Both the position numbers and the translations under genes were made by a program. The notes beneath the pieces were generated by a model that was given only the letters and a program-made list of their open reading frames with translations, ran no database searches and was not told the DNA's origin. Positions 1 through 9,929 of a DNA stretch of 58,383 nt are shown piece after piece. The stretch spans positions 1-58,383 of the forward strand of contig DFLL01000040.1 in NCBI GenBank assembly GCA_002375205.1. Reading direction: 5' to 3'. Position 1 is the stretch's first letter, and the number at the start of each line of letters is the position of its first letter. This DNA comes from Bacillales bacterium UBA3620. Lineage in GTDB: Bacteria; Bacillota_I; Bacilli_A; RF39; UBA660.

Positions 1-88
1 ATTTTAATTATTTTATATATAGAAAAAGAGATAACTTAGTTGTTACCTCTAATGTTTTTAATTATCTTATATTAATAATTAATTATAA

Positions 89-502
89 TTATCTTCCTCT
101 AATTGCAGTTCCTTTTGCTGGAACTTCATAACTTAAAATTTGATTTCCGTCTCTATCATTTCTAATGACATTATAACATTCTAATAACTCACATAGTTGA
201 CTTTCCGATAAAATTTTTGAACTACCATCTCTATAATAAAGTGGAACATATAAGCCTTGATATCCTATTGCATAAATAGTATTTTCTTTGATAACCGCTG
301 TTATGTTTTTACCTTTCAAATCGTTAACACTACAACCAAATATTATTTCTAATAATGCTATATCTTTCGGATATAAGACAGCTGTTCCAATTCTTCCATC
401 ATGACTGGTAATTGAAGCATATTTAGTTTTTGTTCCAAATTTGTCCTCATCATCCCCAATATTCTTAATTGTCCACTCTTCAAAATATAAACTATTTTCC
501 AT
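89..502 (-). CDS. hypothetical protein, 137 aa, family not recognised
   Basis: Intact ORF. AGGAGG lies 8 nt upstream of the ATG at 502. A TGATATAAT extended -10 lies at about 523-531 (minus strand). Confidence 0.5.
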   Translation of the reverse strand: MENSLYFEEWTIKNIGDDEDKFGTKTKYASITSHDGRIGTAVLYPKDIALLEIIFGCSVNDLKGKNITAVIKENTIYAIGYQGLYVPLYYRDGSSKILSESQLCELLECYNVIRNDRDGNQILSYEVPAKGTAIRGR

Positions 503-619
503 ATATAATACCTCCTAGAATTATTATATCACACTTTTTACTTTTTTTAATAACAACTATTGTTTTTGTATTTTGTTTACACTTTTTTATCTAAATCATA
601 ATTAAAAGATTTTTATACT

Positions 620-650
620 AGATATTTCTAATAAAGGTATTATCAAAGTA
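620..650. repeat. 31-bp exact repeat AGATATTTCTAATAAAGGTATTATCAAAGTA, copy A
   Basis: It is identical to 2414-2444. The surrounding ~150 bp are also similar (ATCTAAATCAT, TTACAC, TGATATAAT blocks). Confidence 0.9.
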
Positions 651-673
651 GAAATAACATAAGAAAAAGAATA

Positions 674-1225
674 CTAATATTTCTTTTCATAGTATTCTTC
701 TAGAGTTATTTTATTATTATATAATACAGAAGATATGTCTCCTATAAAGCGAAGATGCCATGGTTCATATGAATATTTAGTTATATCTTCTTTACCTTCT
801 GGGTATCTTAAAATAAATCCATATTTATATGCATTATTATGTATCCATTTAGTTTCTTCTAATTCTTCTACTTCATGTTCAATATAACACTTATTATCTT
901 TATATATACAAAAATCTATTGCTAATCCAGTTTGATGTTCTGATTTACCTGGTTCTGCTATTCTAGTGATAGCATAACTATATCCTTTATCTTTAACTAA
1001 TCTATTATATAAATTTTCTTGATAATCATAATCTCGATAACCACTTTCTATATCTATTTTATAATTATACTTTAATGCTTCTTTTTGTAATAATATAAAA
1101 GATTCATATGCTTTTTTATCTAATTTAATATTATCTTTATATTTACTATTAACTTCTACTAAATTATTTGGTATATGGGCTCTTGGTAAGGGATTGTCCT
1201 TATTTACAAGTATCTGATAATCCAT
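674..1225 (-). CDS. M15-family D-alanyl-D-alanine carboxypeptidase (VanY-like)
   Basis: VanY/M15B zinc-site motifs are present: SGYRDYDYQ, SEHQTGLAIDF, EPWHLRF. I prefer the ATG at 1225, which follows CCAGGAGGTAAT, over the track start at 1252. Confidence 0.8.
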   Translation of the reverse strand: MDYQILVNKDNPLPRAHIPNNLVEVNSKYKDNIKLDKKAYESFILLQKEALKYNYKIDIESGYRDYDYQENLYNRLVKDKGYSYAITRIAEPGKSEHQTGLAIDFCIYKDNKCYIEHEVEELEETKWIHNNAYKYGFILRYPEGKEDITKYSYEPWHLRFIGDISSVLYNNKITLEEYYEKKY

Positions 1226-1318
1226 AATTACCTCCTGGTGTATTATATTCAAAATAAAAGAAATAGATACTCTCTATCTATTCCTATAATTTTGTAATAT
1301 TAATATAAACATTAGTTT

Positions 1319-2287
1319 TTATAAATATAAAGTTGGTTTGGAAATTATTCTTTTTAAAGTTTTAGAACTTTCTTTTTTTTCTTCAATTACTTTTTCTAAC
1401 TCATTTTCAATATTATAATTATTACCATAGAAAACTAAAAAACTATTTAAGTATCTAATAACTTCTATAGATAAATCAATATTACCATTAAGTTCTATTA
1501 ATCTATCTAGAAATAAATCAGTTAAAAATAACCCTTCACAAGTTTTGCTATCTTCCCATAAAGATTCTCTACGACTTATTATTTCTCTTAAAACATCTTT
1601 ATCCTTTCCATATGATATAGATATCAGGTTATATCCTTTATCTAATAATCTTTCATTATCTAGACTAGGATCATCTGAAGTTATTATGACTCTATCAAAC
1701 ATATCAAAAAATTTTTCATAAGTTTTTTGTATGTACTTGCTTGATCCATTTATTATATCAAATTTATCAATAGCTATATTTAGTTTATCTATTCCCATTA
1801 TTTTTCGAAATCTACTTAAAACATCAAATGATAATTCTTTTATTCCATATGAACATTCAATTGTAGTATCATCAAACCTAAGATTATTAACTTGCTCATA
1901 TAGTTTCTGTAATAAATAATGCACTGATTCCATATCTGTTTCAAAATGTTTTTGAAATACTATAGGATAATTTTTTTTTATATAAAATAATATATTATTT
2001 GTAAAACGTAGTTCAGAAAGATAATCAAAAACCCTACCATCAAATATATCATTTGGTTCTTTGGCAAGGACTATAGCTGGGTCTGGACTATCATATATTG
2101 TTTGTTCTTTGCAGCCAAGACCTCTATTTTCTAAGCTGCATAAAACTGTACTTTTACCTACGCCTTTACCTCCTGTTAAAATAATCTTTGTCCTTGATGA
2201 ATTAAGAATATTATTTACTTCTTTATCTACAGGTTCTCTTACGAACTGTTCAGAATTAACTAAATTTCTTGCATTTATTTTTGACAT
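1319..2287 (-). CDS. P-loop NTPase, 322 aa, unassigned family
   Basis: Walker A is LTGGKGVGKST and a Walker B-like motif is LNIAIDKFD. A GGGAGG RBS and a TGATATAAT extended -10 (2315-2323) lie upstream. Confidence 0.6.
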   Translation of the reverse strand: MSKINARNLVNSEQFVREPVDKEVNNILNSSRTKIILTGGKGVGKSTVLCSLENRGLGCKEQTIYDSPDPAIVLAKEPNDIFDGRVFDYLSELRFTNNILFYIKKNYPIVFQKHFETDMESVHYLLQKLYEQVNNLRFDDTTIECSYGIKELSFDVLSRFRKIMGIDKLNIAIDKFDIINGSSKYIQKTYEKFFDMFDRVIITSDDPSLDNERLLDKGYNLISISYGKDKDVLREIISRRESLWEDSKTCEGLFLTDLFLDRLIELNGNIDLSIEVIRYLNSFLVFYGNNYNIENELEKVIEEKKESSKTLKRIISKPTLYL

Positions 2288-2413
2288 AATAAAACCTCCC
2301 TGTTAACTAATATTATTATATCATACTTTATTATATTTCTATTATTTTTTATAATATTTTACACCTTATTTACATTATTAATATCTAAATCATTACTTTA
2401 AAATATATATACC

Positions 2414-2444
2414 AGATATTTCTAATAAAGGTATTATCAAAGTA
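2414..2444. repeat. 31-bp exact repeat, copy B
   Basis: It is identical to 620-650 and sits upstream of the P-loop NTPase gene. Confidence 0.9.
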
Positions 2445-2491
2445 ACTTGCCCGCTTGACCCGCCACAGGCGGAATTAATATAGAAAATATA

Positions 2492-4573
2492 TTATAGTTT
2501 TGTAATATTAGGATGCCCTTTCATTAATTTCTTTATTCCTACTGGATGAGGAAAAGCTACGGTTAATATTGATTTATCTACTCCTACGATGATACCTTCG
2601 CCAAATTCTGTATGACTTATTCTTTCTCCTACTTCATAGTCTACAGTACTATCTATTTTCTTTTTAATGAAGTTAATAGCCTTCTTAATAGGAGTTTTTT
2701 CATCTATATCTAAATACTTTTTATCTATTTCCTCAATAAATCTACTAGGCATATTATGGGTAGTATTACCAAATAGCATTCTTGATTTAGCAGAAGTAAT
2801 AATTAGATCTTTCTTAGCTCTAGTAATTGCTACATAACAAAGTCTACGTTCTTCTTCTATTTCAGCATTACCTCCATAATTTATAGCATTATAATGTGGA
2901 AATATTCCTTCTTCCATGCCAACAATAAAGACATAGTCATATTCTAGTCCTTTTACCGAGTGAACAGTCATTAAACTTACTCTATCATTTCCTTCTTGAT
3001 GTTCTGACATATCACTAACTAATGATATTTCATCTAGAAAATCACTTAATGTAGCAGAACCATATTCTTCTTCATAACTCTTAGTAATAGATTTAAATTC
3101 ATTTAAATTTTCTAATCTTATTTCATCTTCTAGTAATTTAGATGATGAATATTCTTTTTTCATACCACTTTTATCTAAAATAGTATCTATTAATTCAGTA
3201 AGAGATAAATTCTCACTATCACTCGTTAATTCTTCTATTAACTTTTTAAATTCTAATTCTTTACCAGATGTTATAGCATCATAAAGTGATACTCCTTCTT
3301 CATTAGCAATACTAGTTAAATTATCTAATGTCTTCTCTCCTATTCCTCTTTTAGGAGTATTTATTACTCTTAAGAAACTTACATCGTCTTTATGATTATT
3401 TATTAGTCTTAAATAGCATAATAAATCTTTTATTTCTTTTCTATTATAGAAGTAGAAACTTCCTACGATACGATATTTAATATTTTTCTTTAGCATTTCT
3501 TCTTCAATAACACGAGACTGAGCATTAGTTCGATAGAGTACTGCTATATCTTCTTCTTTTATTCCTTTATCAATTAATTCTTTAATAGAATCCGCGACAA
3601 AGGATGCTTCTTCTTTCTCATTTTCAACAACTTTGTATTTGATTTTATTTCCTTCTTCGTTATTACTCCATAGGTTTTTATCTTTTCTTTCTTTATTATT
3701 CTTAATAACACAGTTAGCAGCATTTAATATGGTTTTAGTAGAACGATAATTCTCTTCTAAAAGGATTGTTTTTGCTTCAGGATAATCTTTTTCAAAGTTT
3801 AAAATGTTCTTATAATTAGCTCCTCTAAAGGCGTATATAGCTTGGTCATTATCTCCTACAACAAAAATATTTCGATATTTTGCTGATAGTAATTTACTAA
3901 ATGTATACTGAGCTTCATTAGTATCCTGATACTCATCTATTAAGATATATTTATATCTTTCTTGATATTCATTTAATAGATTAGGATAGTTTTTAAATAG
4001 TTTTATAGGTAAGACTAATAAGTCATCAAAGTCAACAGAATTACCATTTTTTAGTTTCTTTTGATATAAACGATATACTTCTACGACATTATGGTCAAAT
4101 TCTACTCTCGAAAAAGAATCTACTCCCATCATTTCATTTTTGGCAGAACTTATTTTATTTTTTATTTCTCTTGGATTATATAGTTCTTTAGATAAGTTTA
4201 AATCTTTTAATATTTTTTTTATTATTGTTAAGACATCATCACTATCGATGATAGTAAAGTTCCGATCATAACCAAGCAGACTATAATTATCTTTTAATAT
4301 TTTTAATCCCAATGAATGAAAGGTTGATATTTGAATATTATTAGCGGAACTTCCAATAAGTCTGTATACTCTATCCTTCATCTCTTTAGCAGCTTTATTT
4401 GTAAAAGTTATAGCTAATATATTATATGGAGAAACGCCATTTTCAATTAAATTTGCTATTCTACTTGTTAATACTTTAGTTTTACCAGAACCTGCTCCTG
4501 CTAGAACGAGCATTGGTCCATCAATATGATTTACTGCTTTTTCTTGCTGCCTATTTAATTCTTGTAATGTCAT
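2492..4573 (-). CDS. pcrA: ATP-dependent DNA helicase PcrA/UvrD family
   Basis: Motifs: AGAGSGKTKVLT Walker A, DEYQDTN, VGDNDQAIYAFRGA, and the C-terminal TVHSVKGLEYD. The ATG at 4573 follows GGTGG, and the upstream 27 codons of the track ORF look like run-on. Confidence 0.92.
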   Translation of the reverse strand: MTLQELNRQQEKAVNHIDGPMLVLAGAGSGKTKVLTSRIANLIENGVSPYNILAITFTNKAAKEMKDRVYRLIGSSANNIQISTFHSLGLKILKDNYSLLGYDRNFTIIDSDDVLTIIKKILKDLNLSKELYNPREIKNKISSAKNEMMGVDSFSRVEFDHNVVEVYRLYQKKLKNGNSVDFDDLLVLPIKLFKNYPNLLNEYQERYKYILIDEYQDTNEAQYTFSKLLSAKYRNIFVVGDNDQAIYAFRGANYKNILNFEKDYPEAKTILLEENYRSTKTILNAANCVIKNNKERKDKNLWSNNEEGNKIKYKVVENEKEEASFVADSIKELIDKGIKEEDIAVLYRTNAQSRVIEEEMLKKNIKYRIVGSFYFYNRKEIKDLLCYLRLINNHKDDVSFLRVINTPKRGIGEKTLDNLTSIANEEGVSLYDAITSGKELEFKKLIEELTSDSENLSLTELIDTILDKSGMKKEYSSSKLLEDEIRLENLNEFKSITKSYEEEYGSATLSDFLDEISLVSDMSEHQEGNDRVSLMTVHSVKGLEYDYVFIVGMEEGIFPHYNAINYGGNAEIEEERRLCYVAITRAKKDLIITSAKSRMLFGNTTHNMPSRFIEEIDKKYLDIDEKTPIKKAINFIKKKIDSTVDYEVGERISHTEFGEGIIVGVDKSILTVAFPHPVGIKKLMKGHPNITKL

Positions 4574-4680
4574 TATACCACCATCTTTCTTTATAATTTT
4601 ATCATTATTATATTTAGAAGTAAAGGTATAATAATCTTTTTTTAAAAAAAGCAAATGGTTAATTTCTTAACCATTTGTTT

Positions 4681-5889
4681 TTATATTTCTTCTTTTTTCA
4701 TTTTGCTGAAATAGTATACTGAGTAACCAATTGCTCCTAATCCTATTGCCCATGCAAGATATATTAAAGCATCTCCTGTTTTAGGTGATTCTGCCTCTTC
4801 TTCAATCTTACAATAGTAATATACATTTTTAGAGAAATTTTGCGGTTTGTCTTTATCAATTGTTATCTTGACAATATCATCATCACTAATTTTTTTACCT
4901 TCAGCATTTACTATATAACAACCATCTATTTTTGGTGAATCTTTTGTACTTTCGTATCCCGGATCTAGATTATTCTCTGTATATGCCGGTATTTCTTTTC
5001 CATCATCATCTTTTACCCTATCTGTGGTATCATAGTAATAGTAGTTAATAGTAGCATTATATTTATCTCCACATGTGTCATATTCAATATAATATAAGGC
5101 AGGTGCTAATAAACTATTTTTTTCTGTTCCATTTGCTTTCCATGCGACTTTAAATGGTGTAACTAGCAAATTGTCTTCATTGAAAATGTCTTTTTTAAAT
5201 ATATCTCTCTTTATTGTTACCCTACCTGTTTTAAATAAATCAAAACCAATATCTGTATTTTCCGGCAAGAATGATCCACTTGTTAAATTATTTATTGCAA
5301 CAGAATTAAAATCAACAGAAGCTCCACCCTCATCTATATCATCATTATCCCCATCCAGTCTAAACCATCTTCCATGCCATAAATAATCATATATGGCATC
5401 TTCTTTTTTTTCTTCATAAATAGTATATGATGATTCTCCTTTTTCCGTATCAAGACTTTTCTTTATTCCTTTGCTTATTACATTGGAACGCAATCTATAG
5501 TATTCTTCCAGGGTCATTGTATTCCCATTTGCACACTCTGCTTCTTTTCCATCTATAATAAAGCTTCCGTCTTCATAAGTTTTTTTTAGGCAAATTCTAC
5601 TTTTTATTATTTGAGAATTTCCCTCTGGTGCAGTTGCATTTTCAGGAATTACTGGAAAATATGTTGAACGATTAGTTGTATGCTTTGCAGTAGAAGATAA
5701 AGAATCAATTGTATCTAAAAAACCTGTATATTTCCCACTTTCATCTTTGTTAGGATTTGCACCATATATTTCACTAAAAAAATAATAATTCTTATGCTTT
5801 GTACATACTTTTTCTGCTTTTACCATTGTAGGTAACATTATACTTAAGAATGCAATTCCAAGTAAACTTGTTTTTTTTATTCCTTTCAT
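4681..5889 (-). CDS. cell-wall-anchored surface protein with an SPKTG sorting signal
   Basis: The N-terminus has a signal peptide (KKTSLLGIAFLSIMLPTMVKA). The C-terminus has SPKTGD, a hydrophobic stretch and a KMKKEEI tail, which is the sortase-substrate architecture. Confidence 0.75.
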   Translation of the reverse strand: MKGIKKTSLLGIAFLSIMLPTMVKAEKVCTKHKNYYFFSEIYGANPNKDESGKYTGFLDTIDSLSSTAKHTTNRSTYFPVIPENATAPEGNSQIIKSRICLKKTYEDGSFIIDGKEAECANGNTMTLEEYYRLRSNVISKGIKKSLDTEKGESSYTIYEEKKEDAIYDYLWHGRWFRLDGDNDDIDEGGASVDFNSVAINNLTSGSFLPENTDIGFDLFKTGRVTIKRDIFKKDIFNEDNLLVTPFKVAWKANGTEKNSLLAPALYYIEYDTCGDKYNATINYYYYDTTDRVKDDDGKEIPAYTENNLDPGYESTKDSPKIDGCYIVNAEGKKISDDDIVKITIDKDKPQNFSKNVYYYCKIEEEAESPKTGDALIYLAWAIGLGAIGYSVYYFSKMKKEEI

Positions 5890-6015
5890 TTTTTCCTCCT
5901 TCTATTATAAATTAATTATATAGCATTTTTTTAAATAATGCAATAGATTTATTAAAAGAAAAAAAAATAACTATTCAAAGATAGCTTTCACTATCTTAAC
6001 AATTATTTTTTATGA

Positions 6016-7029
6016 CTAATTATATTTATATAAATTGTCAACCGCTACTGCAGTTAATGTTTGTTCAGCAATTATTCCCTTTTTGTAAGCATAAAAAGCT
6101 GCCGCTCCAATCATAGCTGCATTATCTGTGCAATGCTCTATTTTTGGTATTGAAAGTTGAATGTTATTTTCTTTACACTCTTTTTCTAACCTTTCTCTTA
6201 ATCCTTTATTTGCAGATACTCCTCCTGCTACAATTAAATTAGAAACATGATATTCTTTTATGGCATGCATTGTTTTTTTTACCAATACAGATGTTACTCT
6301 TTCTTGAAAAGAGGCACAAAGATCTTCTTTGTTTATTTTGTTTCCCCTTTGTTCTTCGTTATGCACTAAATTTATTACTGCTGATTTTATTCCACTAAAA
6401 CTAAAATTATATGTATTGTCATTTAATGGATATGGCAAATCATAGTTGTCTTTTCCTATGTGAGCAAGCCTATCGACTTTAGGACCTCCAGGATATTCTA
6501 ATCCAATGATCTTAGCGACCTTATCATAACATTCTCCAATGGCATCATCTAGTGTTCCGCCTATCTTTTTAAATGAATAATCTTCTTGCATAAATATTAG
6601 TTCGGTATGTCCTCCACTTACTACTAGTGCTATTAGAGGAAACTGTAATCTTTTTTCCAAATTATTAGCATATATATGTCCAGCAATATGATGTACAGGT
6701 ATCAAAGGCTTACCAGTAACTAATGCTATTGTCTTTGCAGCTTGAACTCCTATCAAAAGACTTCCTATTAAACCTGGTCCATATGTTACACCTATAGCGG
6801 TTATATCATCTAAAGTGATTTTTGATTTTTGGAATAATTCTTCTAATACTATTGTTATATTTTCAATATGATTTCTACTGGCTATTTCCGGTACTACGCC
6901 ACCATAGCTCTTATGTATATCAATTTGACTTAAAACCACAGTGCTAATTTCTTCACAGCCATTTTTAATTATGCTCATACTTGTTTCATCACAGCTTGAT
7001 TCGATAGCAAGTATATATATATCTTTCAT
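6016..7029 (-). CDS. tsaD: tRNA N6-adenosine threonylcarbamoyltransferase TsaD
   Basis: The N-terminus ILAIESSCDETS and VPEIASRNH are typical of the Kae1/TsaD family. The gene sits in the tsaE-tsaB-rimI-tsaD context. Confidence 0.93.
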   Translation of the reverse strand: MKDIYILAIESSCDETSMSIIKNGCEEISTVVLSQIDIHKSYGGVVPEIASRNHIENITIVLEELFQKSKITLDDITAIGVTYGPGLIGSLLIGVQAAKTIALVTGKPLIPVHHIAGHIYANNLEKRLQFPLIALVVSGGHTELIFMQEDYSFKKIGGTLDDAIGECYDKVAKIIGLEYPGGPKVDRLAHIGKDNYDLPYPLNDNTYNFSFSGIKSAVINLVHNEEQRGNKINKEDLCASFQERVTSVLVKKTMHAIKEYHVSNLIVAGGVSANKGLRERLEKECKENNIQLSIPKIEHCTDNAAMIGAAAFYAYKKGIIAEQTLTAVAVDNLYKYN

Positions 7030-7383
7030 TTATATCACCTTTTTTTCCATGAGAATAGCATCTTCATCCCCATAGTAATATTTTCTAATAGCAACTTTTG
7101 TAAATCCCATTTTTTCATATAAGTGAATTGCTATTTTATTACTTTTCCTTACTTCTAACGTTATATTTATCACTTTATTGTTCTTTGCTATTTTGATTAA
7201 ATGCTTCATTATTTTAGTTCCGATATTATTATTTCTGTATTCTTCACAAACAAAGAAATAATCAATTTCGATTCTATCATATATTAAAGAATAGTTCATA
7301 TATCCAATAATTATATTATTGTCCAAATATTCTAATCTTTTAGAGAATTCTCTTTCATTTAAATTATCAATTTCTTTTATCAT
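7030..7383 (-). CDS. rimI: GNAT acetyltransferase, RimI-like
   Basis: It has a GNAT fold signature (ITLEVRKSNKIAIHLYEKMGF) and the conserved position between tsaB and tsaD. Confidence 0.75.
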   Translation of the reverse strand: MIKEIDNLNEREFSKRLEYLDNNIIIGYMNYSLIYDRIEIDYFFVCEEYRNNNIGTKIMKHLIKIAKNNKVINITLEVRKSNKIAIHLYEKMGFTKVAIRKYYYGDEDAILMEKKVI

Positions 7384-7960
7384 TTTTTTCCATTGCCTCT
7401 GGTAGTTTTAAATATATAGGATTTACTACATGGGGATTAATGCTTTCCAACCTCTTTGTGTATTTAATTATCTCTTCAATATCATAATTTTCTTCTTCTG
7501 TTATTACTAATGGATTATATTTTTTTATTATATTATCAACCTCATTCTTAGGTAAAAATTCTTCCAATATGTTATTATAATTTTTATCATACAATCCAAC
7601 ATAATAGTTGTTATGTTTTGCGTTAATTGTTGATAGTAAATATTCTCCATTTTTTCCTATTACTCTTGCTTTTAGAGATGTAATAGCTACTATTCTTATT
7701 TTTAATATATAAGCAAACATTTTGGCTATTGTAACGCCTATTCTTATTCCTGTAAATGAGCCTGGGCCATTTACTACTACTATTTCATTTACTTGTTTTG
7801 GTAAAATATTATTTGATTTTAATATGTCTTCTATGTATTTTGTAACATATATTGAATGCTCTCCTGGTATGTTATTATGAATTGTGGATAATACTCTTTC
7901 ATCTTTCAATAAAGAAATAAATACATCTGAAAGAGATGTATCTATAAATAAGCTTATCAT
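7367..7960 (-). CDS. tsaB: tRNA threonylcarbamoyladenosine biosynthesis protein TsaB
   Basis: YeaZ-like motifs IDTS...NGPGSFTGIRIG are present, and its ends overlap both neighbours in the operon. Confidence 0.85.
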   Translation of the reverse strand: MISLFIDTSLSDVFISLLKDERVLSTIHNNIPGEHSIYVTKYIEDILKSNNILPKQVNEIVVVNGPGSFTGIRIGVTIAKMFAYILKIRIVAITSLKARVIGKNGEYLLSTINAKHNNYYVGLYDKNYNNILEEFLPKNEVDNIIKKYNPLVITEEENYDIEEIIKYTKRLESINPHVVNPIYLKLPEAMEKNDKRN

Positions 7961-8406
7961 AATACGTCCTCACAGATGCTTCGATATTTTTCACCATGTG
8001 GAGTAAGAATAATAGTTCTCGTGTTTTCTCCAGTTATAATAAATTTAATATCAAGTCTCTCCTCTGGCAACTTGTCCTTTATCATTTCTGCCCATTCAAT
8101 AATTGTTACACCGCCTCTATCAAAATACTCCTCAATTCCCATCTCTTCTTCGAAATCTTCTAGACGATATACATCCATATGGTATAGCATCAATTCTCCT
8201 TGATATTCTTTTATTATGGTGAATGTCGGTGAAGTAATTTCTTCTATACCCAACCCGTGAGCAAAACCTTTTGTAAAAAGCGTTTTCCCGCTTCCCAAAT
8301 CACCATTTAAGCAAATAACCATATTAGGAAACTTTTCAGATTCTATATTTTGTGCAAGCGTAATTGTTTCATTTTCACTTTTAACTACTATTTTATATTC
8401 TTCCAT
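7957..8406 (-). CDS. tsaE: tRNA threonylcarbamoyladenosine biosynthesis ATPase TsaE
   Basis: It has the GDLGSGKT P-loop and SPTFTI motif. The ATG at 8406 follows AAGGTGA, and the track start at 8463 is probably run-on. Confidence 0.85.
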   Translation of the reverse strand: MEEYKIVVKSENETITLAQNIESEKFPNMVICLNGDLGSGKTLFTKGFAHGLGIEEITSPTFTIIKEYQGELMLYHMDVYRLEDFEEEMGIEEYFDRGGVTIIEWAEMIKDKLPEERLDIKFIITGENTRTIILTPHGEKYRSICEDVL

Positions 8407-8774
8407 CTTTTTCACCTTTCTCTTTTCACTTTTATTATAACAAAATCTAACTATAAAAGACAATAGGTTTTTTTAAATTATTTTGCTATGTATTTAATTG
8501 TTAGTGGTAAATGATATATATTGGCATATTCATCATTGAAATCAATCCCATGATTATTATCATATATATTGTTAGAGTTTATTCCACAAATTTTCGTTAT
8601 TTTTATGTTATAAGTGATTGTTTTAAAATGCAATAAGAAAGCTGATAAATTAGTATGCATAAAATATATATTACTTAAATTGTTTCATTTTTATTTTTTA
8701 TATTTATATTATAAATTCTTTTTCTATTTTGAAATATTATTTATCACTAACAACCTGGTACATAAAGAATAATT

Positions 8775-8807
8775 AAAAAAATAAAAGACTACATTTTGTT
8801 GTAGTCT
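8775..8807 (-). terminator. intrinsic terminator after htrA
   Basis: The minus strand has an 8-bp stem AGACTACA / TGTAGTCT followed by TTTTATTTTTTT. Confidence 0.7.
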
Positions 8808-9924
8808 ATTGTGTTTTTTCTAATAAAATAGAAGTATTATGTTCTTTTCCATTTCTATTGTATGTTATATTAATTGTTTCTCCTGGATTATGTTTATATA
8901 ATTCATATCTAAGTTCTGCCACAGATTCTATTTTTTCTTTATCTATCTTTGTAATTATATCTCCTTTTTTTAGTCCGGCTTTTTCAGCTGGAGATGTCGA
9001 TACAACTTCGAGTATTGCCACACCTTTTGTTACTTCTTCTGGTATTGTAATCCCCGCTTGCCATAAATAGAAACTATCTGTTATATCAAGCATGCTTATA
9101 CCAACATAAGGTCTTTTTATCGATTCTCCAGTTTCAATTATTTCAGCATAGTATAAAGCATCTTCTATAGGAATCGCAAAACCCATACCTTCAACACTAT
9201 ATGTGCTTGTTGCAGAAATTTTTTCTTGTGTTAGTTTCAATGATGTTACTCCTATTACTTCACCATTTATATTACATAGTGGTCCGCCACTGTTACCTGG
9301 ATTTAGAGCAGCATCAGTCTGTAATACTTTCATATAGTAATCTGAAGTTGAACCACTAAAGCTAACTTCTACTAAACGATCTTTTCCTGACAAAATTCCT
9401 TTTGTTACTGTTCCACTATAGGTATCTCCAAGTGGGGCGCCAACAGCAAATGTTGTATCACCAAGTTTTAAGTTTTCAGTATTTCCAATTGTAGCTATTT
9501 GTTTAATACTTTTCGAATTTGTTGTTAATACTGCTATATCTGCATATGTATCTCCACCTAAAATCTTTGTTTCTGCTTCCGAACTATCGCTAAATATAAT
9601 TTTAGCTGAATCTCCATTTGCTATTACGTGGTTGTTAGTCATTATATATGCAGTGTTTCCTTCCACTTTGTATACAAAACCTGTTCCAGATGATACTTGT
9701 GTCCCATTATTTGAAGTTATTATAGTAACCGTGGCATCATATACTTTTTCTACCGCACCTGATATACTATTTTCATTAACCGTATAATTGCCTCCAATTA
9801 CTTGTGGGAATGTTGAATTTCTACTTTCTAATTGCTTCATTACTAAGTATGACCAGATTGATCCAATTGCAAATGAAAAGACAATTAAAACCGAAATCAA
9901 AACTATATTTTTGTTTTTTTTCAT
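8806..9924 (-). CDS. htrA: HtrA/DegP-family serine protease with a PDZ domain
   Basis: It has an N-terminal TM segment, the trypsin-like catalytic motif GNSGGPL and a C-terminal PDZ-like region. The ATG at 9924 follows AGGTGA. Confidence 0.9.
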   Translation of the reverse strand: MKKNKNIVLISVLIVFSFAIGSIWSYLVMKQLESRNSTFPQVIGGNYTVNENSISGAVEKVYDATVTIITSNNGTQVSSGTGFVYKVEGNTAYIMTNNHVIANGDSAKIIFSDSSEAETKILGGDTYADIAVLTTNSKSIKQIATIGNTENLKLGDTTFAVGAPLGDTYSGTVTKGILSGKDRLVEVSFSGSTSDYYMKVLQTDAALNPGNSGGPLCNINGEVIGVTSLKLTQEKISATSTYSVEGMGFAIPIEDALYYAEIIETGESIKRPYVGISMLDITDSFYLWQAGITIPEEVTKGVAILEVVSTSPAEKAGLKKGDIITKIDKEKIESVAELRYELYKHNPGETINITYNRNGKEHNTSILLEKTQ

Positions 9925-9929
9925 ATTTA

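Noticed and set aside
2445-2480. The GC-rich tract after pcrA as a tRNA fragment or attachment site
   Set aside because: It is too short, has no cloverleaf potential, and has no integrase nearby. It is most simply a weak terminator hairpin (CCGCC-TGT-GGCGG on the minus strand) without a U-tract.
8478-8660. A 60-aa minus-strand ORF in the tsaE-htrA intergenic region
   Set aside because: It has no SD, an odd composition and no recognisable family. The region is more plausibly promoter/terminator spacer.
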